This document shows, in pieces, positions 19,232 through 28,814 of a stretch of DNA of 57,253 bases; position 1 is the stretch's first letter; every line of letters starts with the position of its first letter. The notes beneath the pieces are model-generated. The model saw nothing but the letters and a program-made list of their open reading frames with translations, did not search any database and was not told the origin of the DNA. This stretch comes from a bacterium (GTDB lineage Bacteria; Planctomycetota; UBA11346). The translations under genes and the position numbers were made by a program. Where the stretch lies: the NCBI GenBank assembly GCA_020047915.1, contig JAIFND010000079.1:1-57253 (forward strand). The letters are read 5' to 3'.

Positions 19232-20359
19232 TCAGTTTTCCCGCTCCAGCGCACACGAGGACGCGCAAATGCCCAGGCCCAGCCAGCACACCACCAGGGA
19301 GGAGCCGCCGTAGCTGACGAAGGGCAGGGTGACGCCGGTCACCGGCATCATGCCGGTGGCGACGCACAGGTTGATCGCCGCCTGGCCGCCGGTCAGGCAG
19401 GTGAAGCCGGCGCACAGCAGGCGGCTCCACGGGCCGGGGGCGCGCGAGGCGGCGATCAGGCCGGCCGCGCACCACGCCAGCAACAGGATGGCGAACAGGG
19501 CCGAGCCGACGAAGCCGACCTCCTCGCCGATCACCGCGAAGACCAGGTCGGTGTGCTTCTCGGGCACCCAGCCGAGGCGGTTCTGCTCGCCCTGCATGTA
19601 GCCCTTGCCGACCCACTGCCCGCTGCCGATCGAACGTTTCGAACGTTCGGTCTGGTAGGCCTCGGCCAGGGCATAGTTCTCGGGATGCAGGAAGGCGTCG
19701 ATGCGCCGCCACTGGTAGGCCTTGGGACCTTCGCGCGGCAGGACGTGGTAAGCCCCGACCACGGCGGTGGCGACGAGCAGCCCGGCGAGCACCAGCCAGC
19801 GCAACTTGATGCCGGCCACCAGCAGGATGCCGAGCACCATCGGCGGGATGGTCAGGGCGCTGCCCAGGTCCTCGCGTGCGACGACCGCCATGGGAATCCC
19901 GGCGACCAGCAGCACCCAGCCGCAGTGCGCCAGGCGCCGGGCGTCGAAATTCGGCCCTGCCGCCAGGGTCGCGCAGGTCAGCAGGGTGGCGAGTTTGACC
20001 AGTTCGACCGGCTGCAGGCGCAGGCCGCCAAGCACGATCCAGTTCGCTTGGCCCTTGATGCGCGGCACCAGCGCGGTGCCGGCAAGCAGCAGCATCAGCA
20101 GCATCACCGCAAGACCGGCGATGGCGGCCGGGAAGGCCAGATTGCGCCAGGTGGTCGGCGAGACGTGCAGGGCGATGGCTGCGGCGATGCCGCCGAACAG
20201 CCACCACAGCAGCTGGGCGCCCGTCTCGCGTGAGATCCAGCCGTCGCTGGCCCCGTCAGCCGTGGCGCTGGCGACGAAGAACATGCCGACCAGCGACAGC
20301 GCCGCGCTCAGGCTCAGCCACCACCACGGGACGCGGGCGTAGACGGGCCGGTGGAGCAT
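19232..20359 (-). CDS. rodA: SEDS-family peptidoglycan polymerase (RodA/FtsW)
   Basis: LQPVELVK, EDLGSA, IGSGQWVGKG, PEKHTDLVF, PVTGVTLPFVSYGGSS. Confidence 0.88.
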   Translation of the reverse strand: MLHRPVYARVPWWWLSLSAALSLVGMFFVASATADGASDGWISRETGAQLLWWLFGGIAAAIALHVSPTTWRNLAFPAAIAGLAVMLLMLLLAGTALVPRIKGQANWIVLGGLRLQPVELVKLATLLTCATLAAGPNFDARRLAHCGWVLLVAGIPMAVVAREDLGSALTIPPMVLGILLVAGIKLRWLVLAGLLVATAVVGAYHVLPREGPKAYQWRRIDAFLHPENYALAEAYQTERSKRSIGSGQWVGKGYMQGEQNRLGWVPEKHTDLVFAVIGEEVGFVGSALFAILLLAWCAAGLIAASRAPGPWSRLLCAGFTCLTGGQAAINLCVATGMMPVTGVTLPFVSYGGSSLVVCWLGLGICASSCALEREN

Positions 20360-20369
20360 GGCGCCTGGA

Positions 20370-21371
20370 TCAGTGCGCCCGGTGCGGACGCGGACGCGAC
20401 ATGGTGCGCTGGTACGGCTCGGCGCGCTCGCACTCGCCGAGCACCTGGCGGAACAGGTCGGGCAGCGGGCTTTCGAAACGGATGCGGCGTCCGCTGCGCG
20501 GGTGGTCCACTTCCAGCGAGAAGGCGTGCAGCATCAGGCGCGGCGCGCGCGCGTCGGCGCGTTCCTTGCCGTACACCCGGTCGCCCATCACCGGGCAGCC
20601 GATCGCGGCCAGGGCGACGCGCACCTGGTGGGTGCGGCCGGTGCCGAGTTCAACTTCGAGTTCGGCGTGGCGGGCGAAGCGACGCAGCACCTTGTAGCGC
20701 GTCACGGCCTCGACTCCGGCCTCGTCCTCCTCGACCAGGGCGCGCCGGCCATCGGCGCCGCGACCCTGCTTGCCGCGGATCTCGTCGGCGTCGGCGCGCG
20801 GCTGCCCGGCGACCACGCAGCGGTAGGTGCGCACCGCCGAGGTGCCGGCGAACTGTGCCGCCAGCATGCGTTGCGCCTCGCGGGTCAACGCGACCGCGAT
20901 GCAGCCGCTGGTGTCGCGGTCGAGGCGGTGGACGACGCCGAGGAAGCCGGCCTCGCGGCCCTGCTTGCGCAGCTGCCGGCGCAGCACCTCGCCGACGTGG
21001 TGGACCTTGCGCTCGCCCGGGGGCGGCACCGAAGCCAGGCCGCTCGGCTTGTCCACGATGCACAGCTGCTCGTCGAGGTGCAGGATGCCGAGGCTGATCA
21101 CCTGCTCGATCGGCGCCTCGCCGTGACGCGCCCGCACCCACGGGGTGCGCAGGCCCTGGCGCAGGTCGAGCTCGGCGGTGGCGCCGCCGGCCGGGACCAC
21201 CGCTTTGGGATCTTCGCACAGCGTGCCACCCAGCTTCAGCAGCTTGGAGCGCATCGCCTTGCGCGCCTGGGCGCGCGACAGGCCAGTGATGGCACCGGCC
21301 AGGGCCTCGAACACGGGCTGGTCGGCGGTGGCCAGGCGTACCCGGTGGAGGCTGTAGAGGTCCTGCGTCAT
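20370..21371 (-). CDS. RluA/RluD-family pseudouridine synthase
   Basis: S4-like N-terminus, VDKPSGL, VHRLDRDTSG, TGRTHQVR, GDRVYG, LMLHA. Confidence 0.92.
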   Translation of the reverse strand: MTQDLYSLHRVRLATADQPVFEALAGAITGLSRAQARKAMRSKLLKLGGTLCEDPKAVVPAGGATAELDLRQGLRTPWVRARHGEAPIEQVISLGILHLDEQLCIVDKPSGLASVPPPGERKVHHVGEVLRRQLRKQGREAGFLGVVHRLDRDTSGCIAVALTREAQRMLAAQFAGTSAVRTYRCVVAGQPRADADEIRGKQGRGADGRRALVEEDEAGVEAVTRYKVLRRFARHAELEVELGTGRTHQVRVALAAIGCPVMGDRVYGKERADARAPRLMLHAFSLEVDHPRSGRRIRFESPLPDLFRQVLGECERAEPYQRTMSRPRPHRAH

Positions 21372-21518
21372 GGCGGGGGATGACAGCAGATAGGAGGAGG
21401 AATGGAAGGCGGGAATGGCAGACGAACCCTTGCAGTCCCGATGCGCATGCGCACAGAAGAGCATCCGAGGTGGCCATGCCGGCCTTACGCGGATCCACAC
21501 CTGGAAGGCGACCACCTG

Positions 21519-22844
21519 ATGCCCCCCGCCAACAGCGCCAAGACCTTCGTCATCGACACCAACGTGCTGCTGCACAACCCGGCCTCGCTGTTCGCCTTCG
21601 CCGACAACCACGTCGTCATACCCATGGTCGTGCTGGAGGAGCTCGACAAGTTCAAGACCGCCAGCAACGAGCTGGGCCAGAACTCGCGTGAGGTCGCGCG
21701 CGCCCTCGACCGCCTGCGCCACCAGGGCAGCCTGCGCTCGGGCGTGGTCACGCCCCAGGGCGGCACGATCCAGGTGCTGATGGACTACGCCGACGTGGAC
21801 GGCATGGCGCCTGGGATCAACGACAACCGCATCCTCGGCTGCGCAGCGGCGCTGAAGAAGGCCGGGCACAATGTCTTCTTCATCTCCAAGGACATCAACG
21901 CGCGGGTCAAGGCCGATGCGCTGGACATCCCCAGCGAAGATTTCAAGGCGATGCGCGTCAACGTGGACGAGCTGTACACCGGCTATGTCACCGTCGAGGT
22001 CTCCGGCGACGAGGTCGATGACCTGGCGCACAAACCGCAGACCGATCCGGCGACCCTGGTCCCCAAAGAGGATCTGCCGCTGGTGTGGAACCAGTTCGTG
22101 GTGCTGCGCGACCGTACCGACAAGGATCACACCGCCCTGCTGCGCTTCGACGGCGCCTCCGGCATGTTGCGGCCGCTGGTCGAGGAACCGCCCGAGATCT
22201 ACAGCGTCACGCCGCGCAGCCCCGAGCAGCGCATGGCCTTCGAGCTGCTGCTCGACGACCGGGTGAAGCTGGTCACCCTGGTCGGGCGCGCCGGCACCGG
22301 CAAGACCCTGCTCGCCCTGGCCTGCGGCCTGAACAAGGTGATCGACTCCGAACGCTACAAGAAGCTGCTGGTGTCGCGGCCGATCATGCCGTTGGGCGCC
22401 GACATCGGCTACCTGCCCGGGTCGAAGGACGACAAGCTGCAGCACTGGATGGGCCCGATCTTCGACAACCTGCACTTCCTGCTCGCCAGCGAGGAGCGCG
22501 ACCCCGACGACGTGATCAAGCGGCTGATCGCCGAGGAGACGATCACGATGGAGGCGCTGACCTACATCCGCGGCCGTTCGATCGCGCGCCAGTTCGTGGT
22601 CGTGGACGAGGCGCAGAACCTGACCCCGCACGAGATCAAGACGATCATCTCGCGCGCCGGCGAGGACACCAAGGTGGTGCTGACCGGCGACCCGCACCAG
22701 ATCGACAACCCCTACCTCGACTCGAACTCGAACGGCCTGACCCACGTGGTCGAGCGCCTGCGTGGCCAGGAGCTGGCCGGGCATGTGACCTTCACCAAGT
22801 CGGAGCGCTCGGTGCTGGCGGGAGTCGCTGCGGATATTCTATAG
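21519..22844 (+). CDS. PhoH2-type protein (PIN domain plus PhoH ATPase)
   Basis: FVIDTNVLLH, VLEELD, NDNRIL, GRAGTGKT, IGYLPG, YIRGRS, DEAQN. Confidence 0.95.
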   Translation: MPPANSAKTFVIDTNVLLHNPASLFAFADNHVVIPMVVLEELDKFKTASNELGQNSREVARALDRLRHQGSLRSGVVTPQGGTIQVLMDYADVDGMAPGINDNRILGCAAALKKAGHNVFFISKDINARVKADALDIPSEDFKAMRVNVDELYTGYVTVEVSGDEVDDLAHKPQTDPATLVPKEDLPLVWNQFVVLRDRTDKDHTALLRFDGASGMLRPLVEEPPEIYSVTPRSPEQRMAFELLLDDRVKLVTLVGRAGTGKTLLALACGLNKVIDSERYKKLLVSRPIMPLGADIGYLPGSKDDKLQHWMGPIFDNLHFLLASEERDPDDVIKRLIAEETITMEALTYIRGRSIARQFVVVDEAQNLTPHEIKTIISRAGEDTKVVLTGDPHQIDNPYLDSNSNGLTHVVERLRGQELAGHVTFTKSERSVLAGVAADIL

Positions 22845-22872
22845 GCTTGGGGGCCTGCGGCCCCCAAGCCTA
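22842..22872. terminator. Perfect 14-bp hairpin joining two convergent stop codons; probable bidirectional terminator
   Basis: TAGGCTTGGGGGCC-TGC-GGCCCCCAAGCCTA. Confidence 0.7.
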
Positions 22873-23208
22873 ATGCCAGCAACCTCCGCCCGGCGGGACC
22901 ATGGCGATCGTCGCTGACTCGAGATCCGGCGCATAGCGCACCAGGACGCCCTCATCGCTGTCCTCGCCAGAGAGGCCGATCAGCACCACACCGCTTAAGC
23001 CGGCGGTGGCTGCAGTCGGGACGGCCGTCGGATTACGGGTCGCCAGCCAGCTGACGGCGGCGGCGGGGCCGGCGGCGCGCAGCAGGACCTTGGCCGACAG
23101 CGCCTCGACCACCACGCCGGCGGCGCCGCGCAGGCGCAGGCGCTCCTGCAGGGCGGGCAGGGCAGGGTCGGCGGCGAGTTCTGGGCCGATCAGCAGCAGC
23201 GCGGTCAC
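22870..23208 (-). CDS. Small hypothetical protein, possibly a degenerate HAD-like fragment
   Basis: GTG start overlaps the HD-GYP stop (GTGA). ...AVPTAATAGLSGVVLIG... resembles the C-terminal half of HAD proteins. Confidence 0.55.
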   Translation of the reverse strand: MTALLLIGPELAADPALPALQERLRLRGAAGVVVEALSAKVLLRAAGPAAAVSWLATRNPTAVPTAATAGLSGVVLIGLSGEDSDEGVLVRYAPDLESATIAMVPPGGGCWH

Positions 23209-24743
23209 GGCAGGAAGCCGGGGATGCGCGCCAGATCGACCTCGTCGAGCTGTTCCTCGCGCAGGAAGCGCTTGGCGTAGTCGAGCCACACCCGTTCGCG
23301 GACGAAGACGTCGAACAGGTCGGGGTCGATGTGCCCGTCGAGCTTCATCCGTCCGAGGATCGCCAGGGCCTGGCTGAGGGCCATCGCCTTCTTGTACGGG
23401 CGGTCACCGGCGGTCAGTGCCTCGAAGATGTCGGCGATGCCCATGACCCGGGCCTGGACGCTCATCTGCGCGCGGTGCAGGCCCTTGGGGTAGCCCTTGC
23501 CGTCCATGCGCTCGTGGTGGCCGCCGGCGAATTCCGGCACCCGCTTGAGCTGGCGCGGGAAGGGCAGCGATTCCAGCATCTTGATCGTCGCCACGATGTG
23601 GTGGTTGATGATCTCGCGTTCGCGCGGCAGCAGCGTGCCCTTGGCGATGCACAGGTTGTCCACCTCGTCGGCGGTCAGCAGCGGCTGCATCGACCCGTCG
23701 AGGGCGGTCCAGCTGCGCGTGGCGATGGCGCGCACCCGCGCCTGGTCCTCGGGGCGCATGAACTCGCCGCCGGTGTTGGAGCGACGCAGGAAGGCGAGAT
23801 CGTCGGCGAGTTGCGCCGCCTGCAGCGGATCCTGCGCTGCCGCCGCGGCGAAGCGGGTGGCGACCAGTTCGATGCGGTCGTGGATGGCGCTCAGCTTGGT
23901 CGCCTTGTCCATCACCCATTCCGGGGTGGTGATCTTGCCGCAGTCGTGCAGCCACGCGGCGATGCGCAATTCGTAGCGGTCGCGGTCGTCCATGGCGAAG
24001 CCGGCGATGCCGCCACGCGGATTGCGGGTTGCTGCCTCGGCCAGCATCATGGTCAGCTCGGGGACGCGCCGGCAGTGACCGCCGGTGTAGGGGCTCTTCT
24101 CGTCGATCGCCGTGGCGATGAGCTGGATGAAGGATTCGAAGAGCTGGCGCTGGTCCTCGATCAGCTGGTGCTTGGTGCGCGCGGTGGCGGCCTGCGAGGC
24201 GAGGCTTTCGACCAGATCCTGGTCGCCGTCGGAGAAGGGCACGCTGCCGCCGCCTGCATCACGTGCATTGATCAGCTGCAGGGCGCCGGTGATCACGCCC
24301 TCGTGGTCGCGCATCGGCACAACCAGCACCGAGGTGGTGCGGTAACCGTTGCGGGCATCGAAGGCGCGGGTGCCGGCGAAATCGAAACCGGGCGCGTCGT
24401 AGGCGTCGGGGATGTTGACCGTCGCTCCGGTCAGCACGCAGTGTGCGACCACGGAAGCGTGGTTCTCGGTCCCGTCGGAGAAGCGCAGCTGCACATCAGG
24501 CAGCGGGACCGGGCGTATTCCACTGACCCCCGAGTGGATGCCCATCGACTGGTTGTGGATGATCTCGAAGCGCAGGCGGTCGGCCCCGACCGCATAGACC
24601 GTTCCGCCGTCGGCCCGGGTCAACTCCATTGCCGCCTGCAAGATGCGCTCGACCAGGTCGCGCGGATTGGTCTCGCTGGACAGGGCCAGGCCGACCTCGG
24701 TCAACAGGGAGATACGGCGGCGGAGATCTTCGGCGCGGTCCAC
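23205..24743 (-). CDS. GAF plus HD-GYP cyclic-dinucleotide phosphodiesterase
   Basis: GAF (NIPDAY, YRTTSVLVVPM, LQLIN), GHCRRV, LHDCGK, HHERMDGKGYP, DIFEALT..DRPYK. Confidence 0.93.
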   Translation of the reverse strand: MDRAEDLRRRISLLTEVGLALSSETNPRDLVERILQAAMELTRADGGTVYAVGADRLRFEIIHNQSMGIHSGVSGIRPVPLPDVQLRFSDGTENHASVVAHCVLTGATVNIPDAYDAPGFDFAGTRAFDARNGYRTTSVLVVPMRDHEGVITGALQLINARDAGGGSVPFSDGDQDLVESLASQAATARTKHQLIEDQRQLFESFIQLIATAIDEKSPYTGGHCRRVPELTMMLAEAATRNPRGGIAGFAMDDRDRYELRIAAWLHDCGKITTPEWVMDKATKLSAIHDRIELVATRFAAAAAQDPLQAAQLADDLAFLRRSNTGGEFMRPEDQARVRAIATRSWTALDGSMQPLLTADEVDNLCIAKGTLLPREREIINHHIVATIKMLESLPFPRQLKRVPEFAGGHHERMDGKGYPKGLHRAQMSVQARVMGIADIFEALTAGDRPYKKAMALSQALAILGRMKLDGHIDPDLFDVFVRERVWLDYAKRFLREEQLDEVDLARIPGFLP

Positions 24744-24817
24744 GCCGGCACCCTATGCGCCCCGGCCGGCCCCGCCACGGCCTTTGCCCCGGACCTGCGC
24801 CGGGATAGAGCCTGTCC

Positions 24818-25996
24818 ATGCCCCCCGCCCTGCGCCTCGTCCCGCGCCAGACCCACCGCTGCCTGGGCGGCCACCCGTGGGTGTTCCGCTCCGAGCTTGA
24901 ACCGGCCGCGTTGGCCGGTCTGGCCGACGGCGACGAGGTCGAGGTCGCCGACGGACGTGGCCGGACGGTCGGGCGCGGCTGGTACTCGGCCTCCAGCCAG
25001 ATCGCGGTGCGCCTGTGCTCCCGCGCATCCGGCGCCCTCGACGAGGCCTTCCTGCGCCGCCGTCTGCAGGCCGCCCTGGCGCATCGCCAGGCGACCCTCC
25101 CCGACCGCCAGGCCCTGCGTCTGGTGTCCAGCGAGGGCGACCTGCTGCCCGGGCTGGTGGTCGAGCGTTACGCCGACCGCCTGGTGGTGCAGGCCCTGAC
25201 CGGCGGCATCGAGCGGCGTCTCGACACTATCGTCGCCCTGCTGGGCGAGCTGTGCCATCCAGCACAGATCGTCGAGCGCAGCGATGGGCGGGGTCGCGAA
25301 CTGGAGGGCCTCCCGACGCGCAGCCGGGTGCTGCACGGCCCACCCGGCACGCTCGTGCGGGTGCACCTGGGCGCGGTCGAACTCGATGTGGATCTGCTCG
25401 ATCCGCACAAGACCGGCGCCTATCTCGACCAGGTGGAGGCGCATCGCGCCCTGGCCGCCTGGACGCCGCGCGGCGGACGGATCGCCGACGTCTTCGCGCA
25501 TCGCGGCGGTTTCGCCCTGCACCTGCTGGCGGCCGGGGCGGGCAGCGCCGTCGCGGTGGACCAGTCGGCCGCCGGGCTGGCTGACGCTGCGGCGGCAGCG
25601 GCCCGCCAGGGGTACGCCCTGGAAACGGCCACCGCCGACGCTTTCGCCTGGCTGCGCGCCCAGGTCGCCGCGGGTGCGACCTACGACCTCATCGTGCTCG
25701 ACCCGCCGGCCTTCGCGCGCACCCGTGCGGCGGTGCCGGGGGCGCTGCGCGGCTACCGCGACCTGCACCTGCAGGCCCTGCGCCTGCTGCGTCCGGGCGG
25801 ACGTCTCGCCACGTGGTCGTGCTCGTCGCATGTCGGAAGCCAAGAATTCCTCGCCACCGCGAGCGACGCCGCCGCCGAACTACATCGCACCCTGCGCCAT
25901 GACGCCGACTTCGGCCAGCCCGCCGACCATCCGTGGCTGCCCGCCGCGCCCGAGACGCGCTACCTCAAGGGCTTCCTGGTCAGTGTGATCGAATAG
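24818..25996 (+). CDS. RlmI-like SAM-dependent rRNA methyltransferase
   Basis: [10 protein letters not shown] (PUA), [37 protein letters not shown]. Confidence 0.9.
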   Translation: MPPALRLVPRQTHRCLGGHPWVFRSELEPAALAGLADGDEVEVADGRGRTVGRGWYSASSQIAVRLCSRASGALDEAFLRRRLQAALAHRQATLPDRQALRLVSSEGDLLPGLVVERYADRLVVQALTGGIERRLDTIVALLGELCHPAQIVERSDGRGRELEGLPTRSRVLHGPPGTLVRVHLGAVELDVDLLDPHKTGAYLDQVEAHRALAAWTPRGGRIADVFAHRGGFALHLLAAGAGSAVAVDQSAAGLADAAAAAARQGYALETATADAFAWLRAQVAAGATYDLIVLDPPAFARTRAAVPGALRGYRDLHLQALRLLRPGGRLATWSCSSHVGSQEFLATASDAAAELHRTLRHDADFGQPADHPWLPAAPETRYLKGFLVSVIE

Positions 25997-26000
25997 GGAT

Positions 26001-26783
26001 TCAGACGCCCCGGGCAGGTCCGCTGGCGAGCGCCAGGCGGTCGCGGCGCAGCCCGGCGTACCACGGTGGCAGGCTGTCGCGGTGGATCAGTTCGCCGACC
26101 AGCAGGCCCGCGCCGCAGGTGCCGCCGCGCATCCCACGCGCATCCCACACGGCGCAATCCAGCCAACGGTCGGGCGCGGCGGTGTTGGCCAGGGCGAGGG
26201 GCGCGGCCCACTCGGCGGCGCGTGCGGCGTAGAGCGTCGGCACGACCTGCGCCTTTGTACCTGGGTCGGGGTCGGGACCGGCCATGTGCGCGATGGCGAG
26301 GAATCCGTCGGCGTCGGTCCACAGCTCGGGGAAGCGCACCTCGTAGCAGATCGACACGGCGAGGCGCCAGCCGTCGAGGTCGAGTGTGGTCGCACTGCTG
26401 CCGGCGGCGAAGTGCGCGCGATCCCCCGGCGTCAGGGCGCGTTTGCGGTGACGGCGTGGGGCGATGGCACCGCAGCACCAGGCGTCGTTCGACCAGCCGC
26501 CATCGGCGGTCGGGGAGGCGGTGCCGAGGACCAGCAGCAGGCCGAGGCGCTCGGCGCGCAGCGCGAGGCGATCTTCGATTTCGGCCAGCTGGCAGGTGTT
26601 GATGCTCTGCAGATCGTCTCGCACCGCGCCGGGATAGCCGGTCAGCATGCACTCCGGCGTCAGCAGCACGCGCGCCCCGGCCCGCGCCGCGTCGGCCAGG
26701 GCGGCCTCGACCAGCACGGCATTGGCCACCGGATCGGCGGTGGCGGCGGCGGCCAGGCAGGCGACGCGCAGGGGGGCGGGCAT
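26001..26783 (-). CDS. Carbon-nitrogen hydrolase (nitrilase superfamily)
   Basis: E-K-C triad: [24 protein letters not shown]. Confidence 0.88.
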   Translation of the reverse strand: MPAPLRVACLAAAATADPVANAVLVEAALADAARAGARVLLTPECMLTGYPGAVRDDLQSINTCQLAEIEDRLALRAERLGLLLVLGTASPTADGGWSNDAWCCGAIAPRRHRKRALTPGDRAHFAAGSSATTLDLDGWRLAVSICYEVRFPELWTDADGFLAIAHMAGPDPDPGTKAQVVPTLYAARAAEWAAPLALANTAAPDRWLDCAVWDARGMRGGTCGAGLLVGELIHRDSLPPWYAGLRRDRLALASGPARGV

Positions 26784-26801
26784 GGAGGAAGGGTAGATGA
26801 C

Positions 26802-26931
26802 AAGGCGGAAGGAGGAAGGCGGAAGGCGGAAGAGTTGCTGCGCAAGCGTAGGCGACGGCCGTCTCCGCGAAGGCGCGCGAAGCGCGCGGCATTCCTTCCG
26901 CCTTCCGCCTTCCGCCTTCCGCCTTCCGCCT
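26802..26931. repeat. Heptamer (AAGGCGG)4 / (CCTTCCG)5 inverted-repeat element
   Basis: Arms at 26802-26832 and 26894-26931. The spacer includes GCGCGC-GAA-GCGCGC. Confidence 0.9.
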
Positions 26932-26981
26932 CCATCCTCCCCGGTTGCCCCCATGCCAAAACCCCCACGCTGCCGCCCATC

Positions 26982-28421
26982 ATGGCTACCGACCACACCC
27001 GCTACGACTCGCCCCTCTGCTCGCGCTATGCCTCGAAGACCATGCAGGCCTTGTGGGGCGACCAGCGCAAGTTCTCGACCTGGCGCAAGCTGTGGGTCGA
27101 GCTGGCGCGCGCCGAGATGCACCTCGGCCTGCCGATCAGCGAACTGCAGGTCGCCGAACTGGCCGCGCACACCGACGACATCGACTGGGAGATGGCGGCG
27201 CGCGAGGAGAAGAAGCGGCGTCATGACGTGATGGCCCACGTCCACACCTACGGCGCCGCCTGCCCGATCGCCGCCCCGATCATCCACCTCGGCGCGACCA
27301 GCTGCTACGTCACCGACAATACCGACCTGATCCTGATGCGCGAAGGGCTGGAACTGCTCGCCCGCGCCCTGGCGCGCGTGATCGAGCGCCTCGCCGCCTT
27401 CGCCCACCTGCAGCGCTCGGTCCCCACCCTCGGCTACACCCACTTCCAGGCCGCCCAGCTGACCACGGTGGGCAAGCGCGCCTGCCTGTGGATCCAGGAT
27501 CTGCTGATCGACCTGAAGAACATCGAGCGCGCGCGTGACGACCTGCGCTTCCGCGGGGTCAAGGGCACCACCGGCACGCAGGCTAGCTTCCTCACCCTGT
27601 TCCACGGCGACCACGCCAAGGTCGAGGAGTTGGACCGCAAGGTGACGGCCGCCTTCCATTTTCCCTCCGCCTTCCTGGTCACCGGCCAGACCTACACCCG
27701 CAAGGTCGATTCGCAGGTCGTGCTGGCGCTGTCCAACCTTGGCGCCACTGCGCACCGCATCGGCACCGACCTGCGCCTGCTCGCCCACCTCAAGGAAGTC
27801 GAAGAACCCTTCGAGGCCGACCAGATCGGTTCGTCGGCGATGGCTTACAAGCGCAACCCGATGCGTGCCGAACGCGCGTGTTCGCTCGGACGGCACCTGA
27901 TGGGCCTGGCCGCCGACGCGATGAACACGCACGCGGTGCAGTGGATGGAGCGCACCTTGGACGACAGCGCGGTGCGCCGCATCGCCATCCCCGAGGCCTT
28001 CCTCGCCAGTGACGCAGTGCTTGGCATCCTGCAGAACGTATGCGAGGGCCTGGTCGTCCATCCCGGCATGATCCGCCGCCACATCGACGCCGAGCTGCCC
28101 TTCATGGCGACCGAGAACATCATCATGGCGATGGTCGAGGCGGGCGGCAATCGGCAGGAGGTGCACGAGAAGATCCGCGTCCTGTCGCACCAGGCGGCGG
28201 CGGTGGTCAAGGGCGAGGGCAAGGACAACGACCTGATCCCGCGTATCCGCCACGACGCCTTCTTCGCGCCGATCCACGCCGACCTCGACGAACTGCTCGA
28301 CCCCGCGACCTTCATCGGCCGCGCCCCCGAGCAGGTCGACCGCTTCCTCGCCGAGGAGGTCAAGCCGGCGATCGCGCGCTACACCGAGCACCTGGGCGGC
28401 ACCTCGCAGCTGCATGTGTGA
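26982..28421 (+). CDS. purB: Adenylosuccinate lyase
   Basis: [53 protein letters not shown]. Confidence 0.96.
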   Translation: MATDHTRYDSPLCSRYASKTMQALWGDQRKFSTWRKLWVELARAEMHLGLPISELQVAELAAHTDDIDWEMAAREEKKRRHDVMAHVHTYGAACPIAAPIIHLGATSCYVTDNTDLILMREGLELLARALARVIERLAAFAHLQRSVPTLGYTHFQAAQLTTVGKRACLWIQDLLIDLKNIERARDDLRFRGVKGTTGTQASFLTLFHGDHAKVEELDRKVTAAFHFPSAFLVTGQTYTRKVDSQVVLALSNLGATAHRIGTDLRLLAHLKEVEEPFEADQIGSSAMAYKRNPMRAERACSLGRHLMGLAADAMNTHAVQWMERTLDDSAVRRIAIPEAFLASDAVLGILQNVCEGLVVHPGMIRRHIDAELPFMATENIIMAMVEAGGNRQEVHEKIRVLSHQAAAVVKGEGKDNDLIPRIRHDAFFAPIHADLDELLDPATFIGRAPEQVDRFLAEEVKPAIARYTEHLGGTSQLHV

Positions 28422-28434
28422 ACTGGGACGATGT

Positions 28435-28511
28435 GTTCACACAGAGCACCAGAGCCACCAGAGTTACGAACAGAAATTATGCCGCATAGCACTCTGGTCC
28501 TCTGTGTGTAC
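28435..28511. repeat. Short TIR-less CACACAGAG/CTCTGTGTG hairpin element
   Basis: GTTCACACAGAGCACCAGAGCCACCAGAG ... CTCTGGTCCTCTGTGTGTAC; same units as the MITE core. Confidence 0.8.
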
Positions 28512-28772
28512 ATGATCTTTACATGCGGCTGCGCCCCGCGCCTCGCGGTCACCGATGCGGTCAGTGGCGCGCCGCTAGCGGCCGAGGTGCGCGAACTGCC
28601 CGACGGCCGGCTGCTGGTCAGTGCCAACGGTTACGAAACGTGGAGTGGTGCGCGCCAGGAGCGTGTCGCATTGCTGCCGTTGTGGCAGGCGCGCTTCGTC
28701 GGCGAGACGGTGCGGCCGGTGCGGCCGCCGCGTCCGCCGTGTCCCGGCTGCCCCTCCACGCGCGCCCGCTGA
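28479..28772 (+). CDS. Small putative lipoprotein
   Basis: MPHSTLVLCVYMIFTCGC lipobox-like start, VTDAVSGAPL...VSANGYET (carboxypeptidase-regulatory-like fragment), C-terminal CPGCP. Confidence 0.5.
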   Translation: MPHSTLVLCVYMIFTCGCAPRLAVTDAVSGAPLAAEVRELPDGRLLVSANGYETWSGARQERVALLPLWQARFVGETVRPVRPPRPPCPGCPSTRAR

Positions 28773-28814
28773 CGGGGTTGCCGCTGCTGGCGGGTTTGTG
28801 ATGCTGCGCTGTCC

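Noticed and set aside
21519-22844. PIN domain as a toxin-antitoxin or defence system
   Set aside because: Standard PhoH2 architecture in a housekeeping context, with no adjacent antitoxin recognised.
26982-28421. Eukaryote-like adenylosuccinate lyase as horizontal transfer
   Set aside because: This subtype is known from various bacteria, and codon usage here is native.
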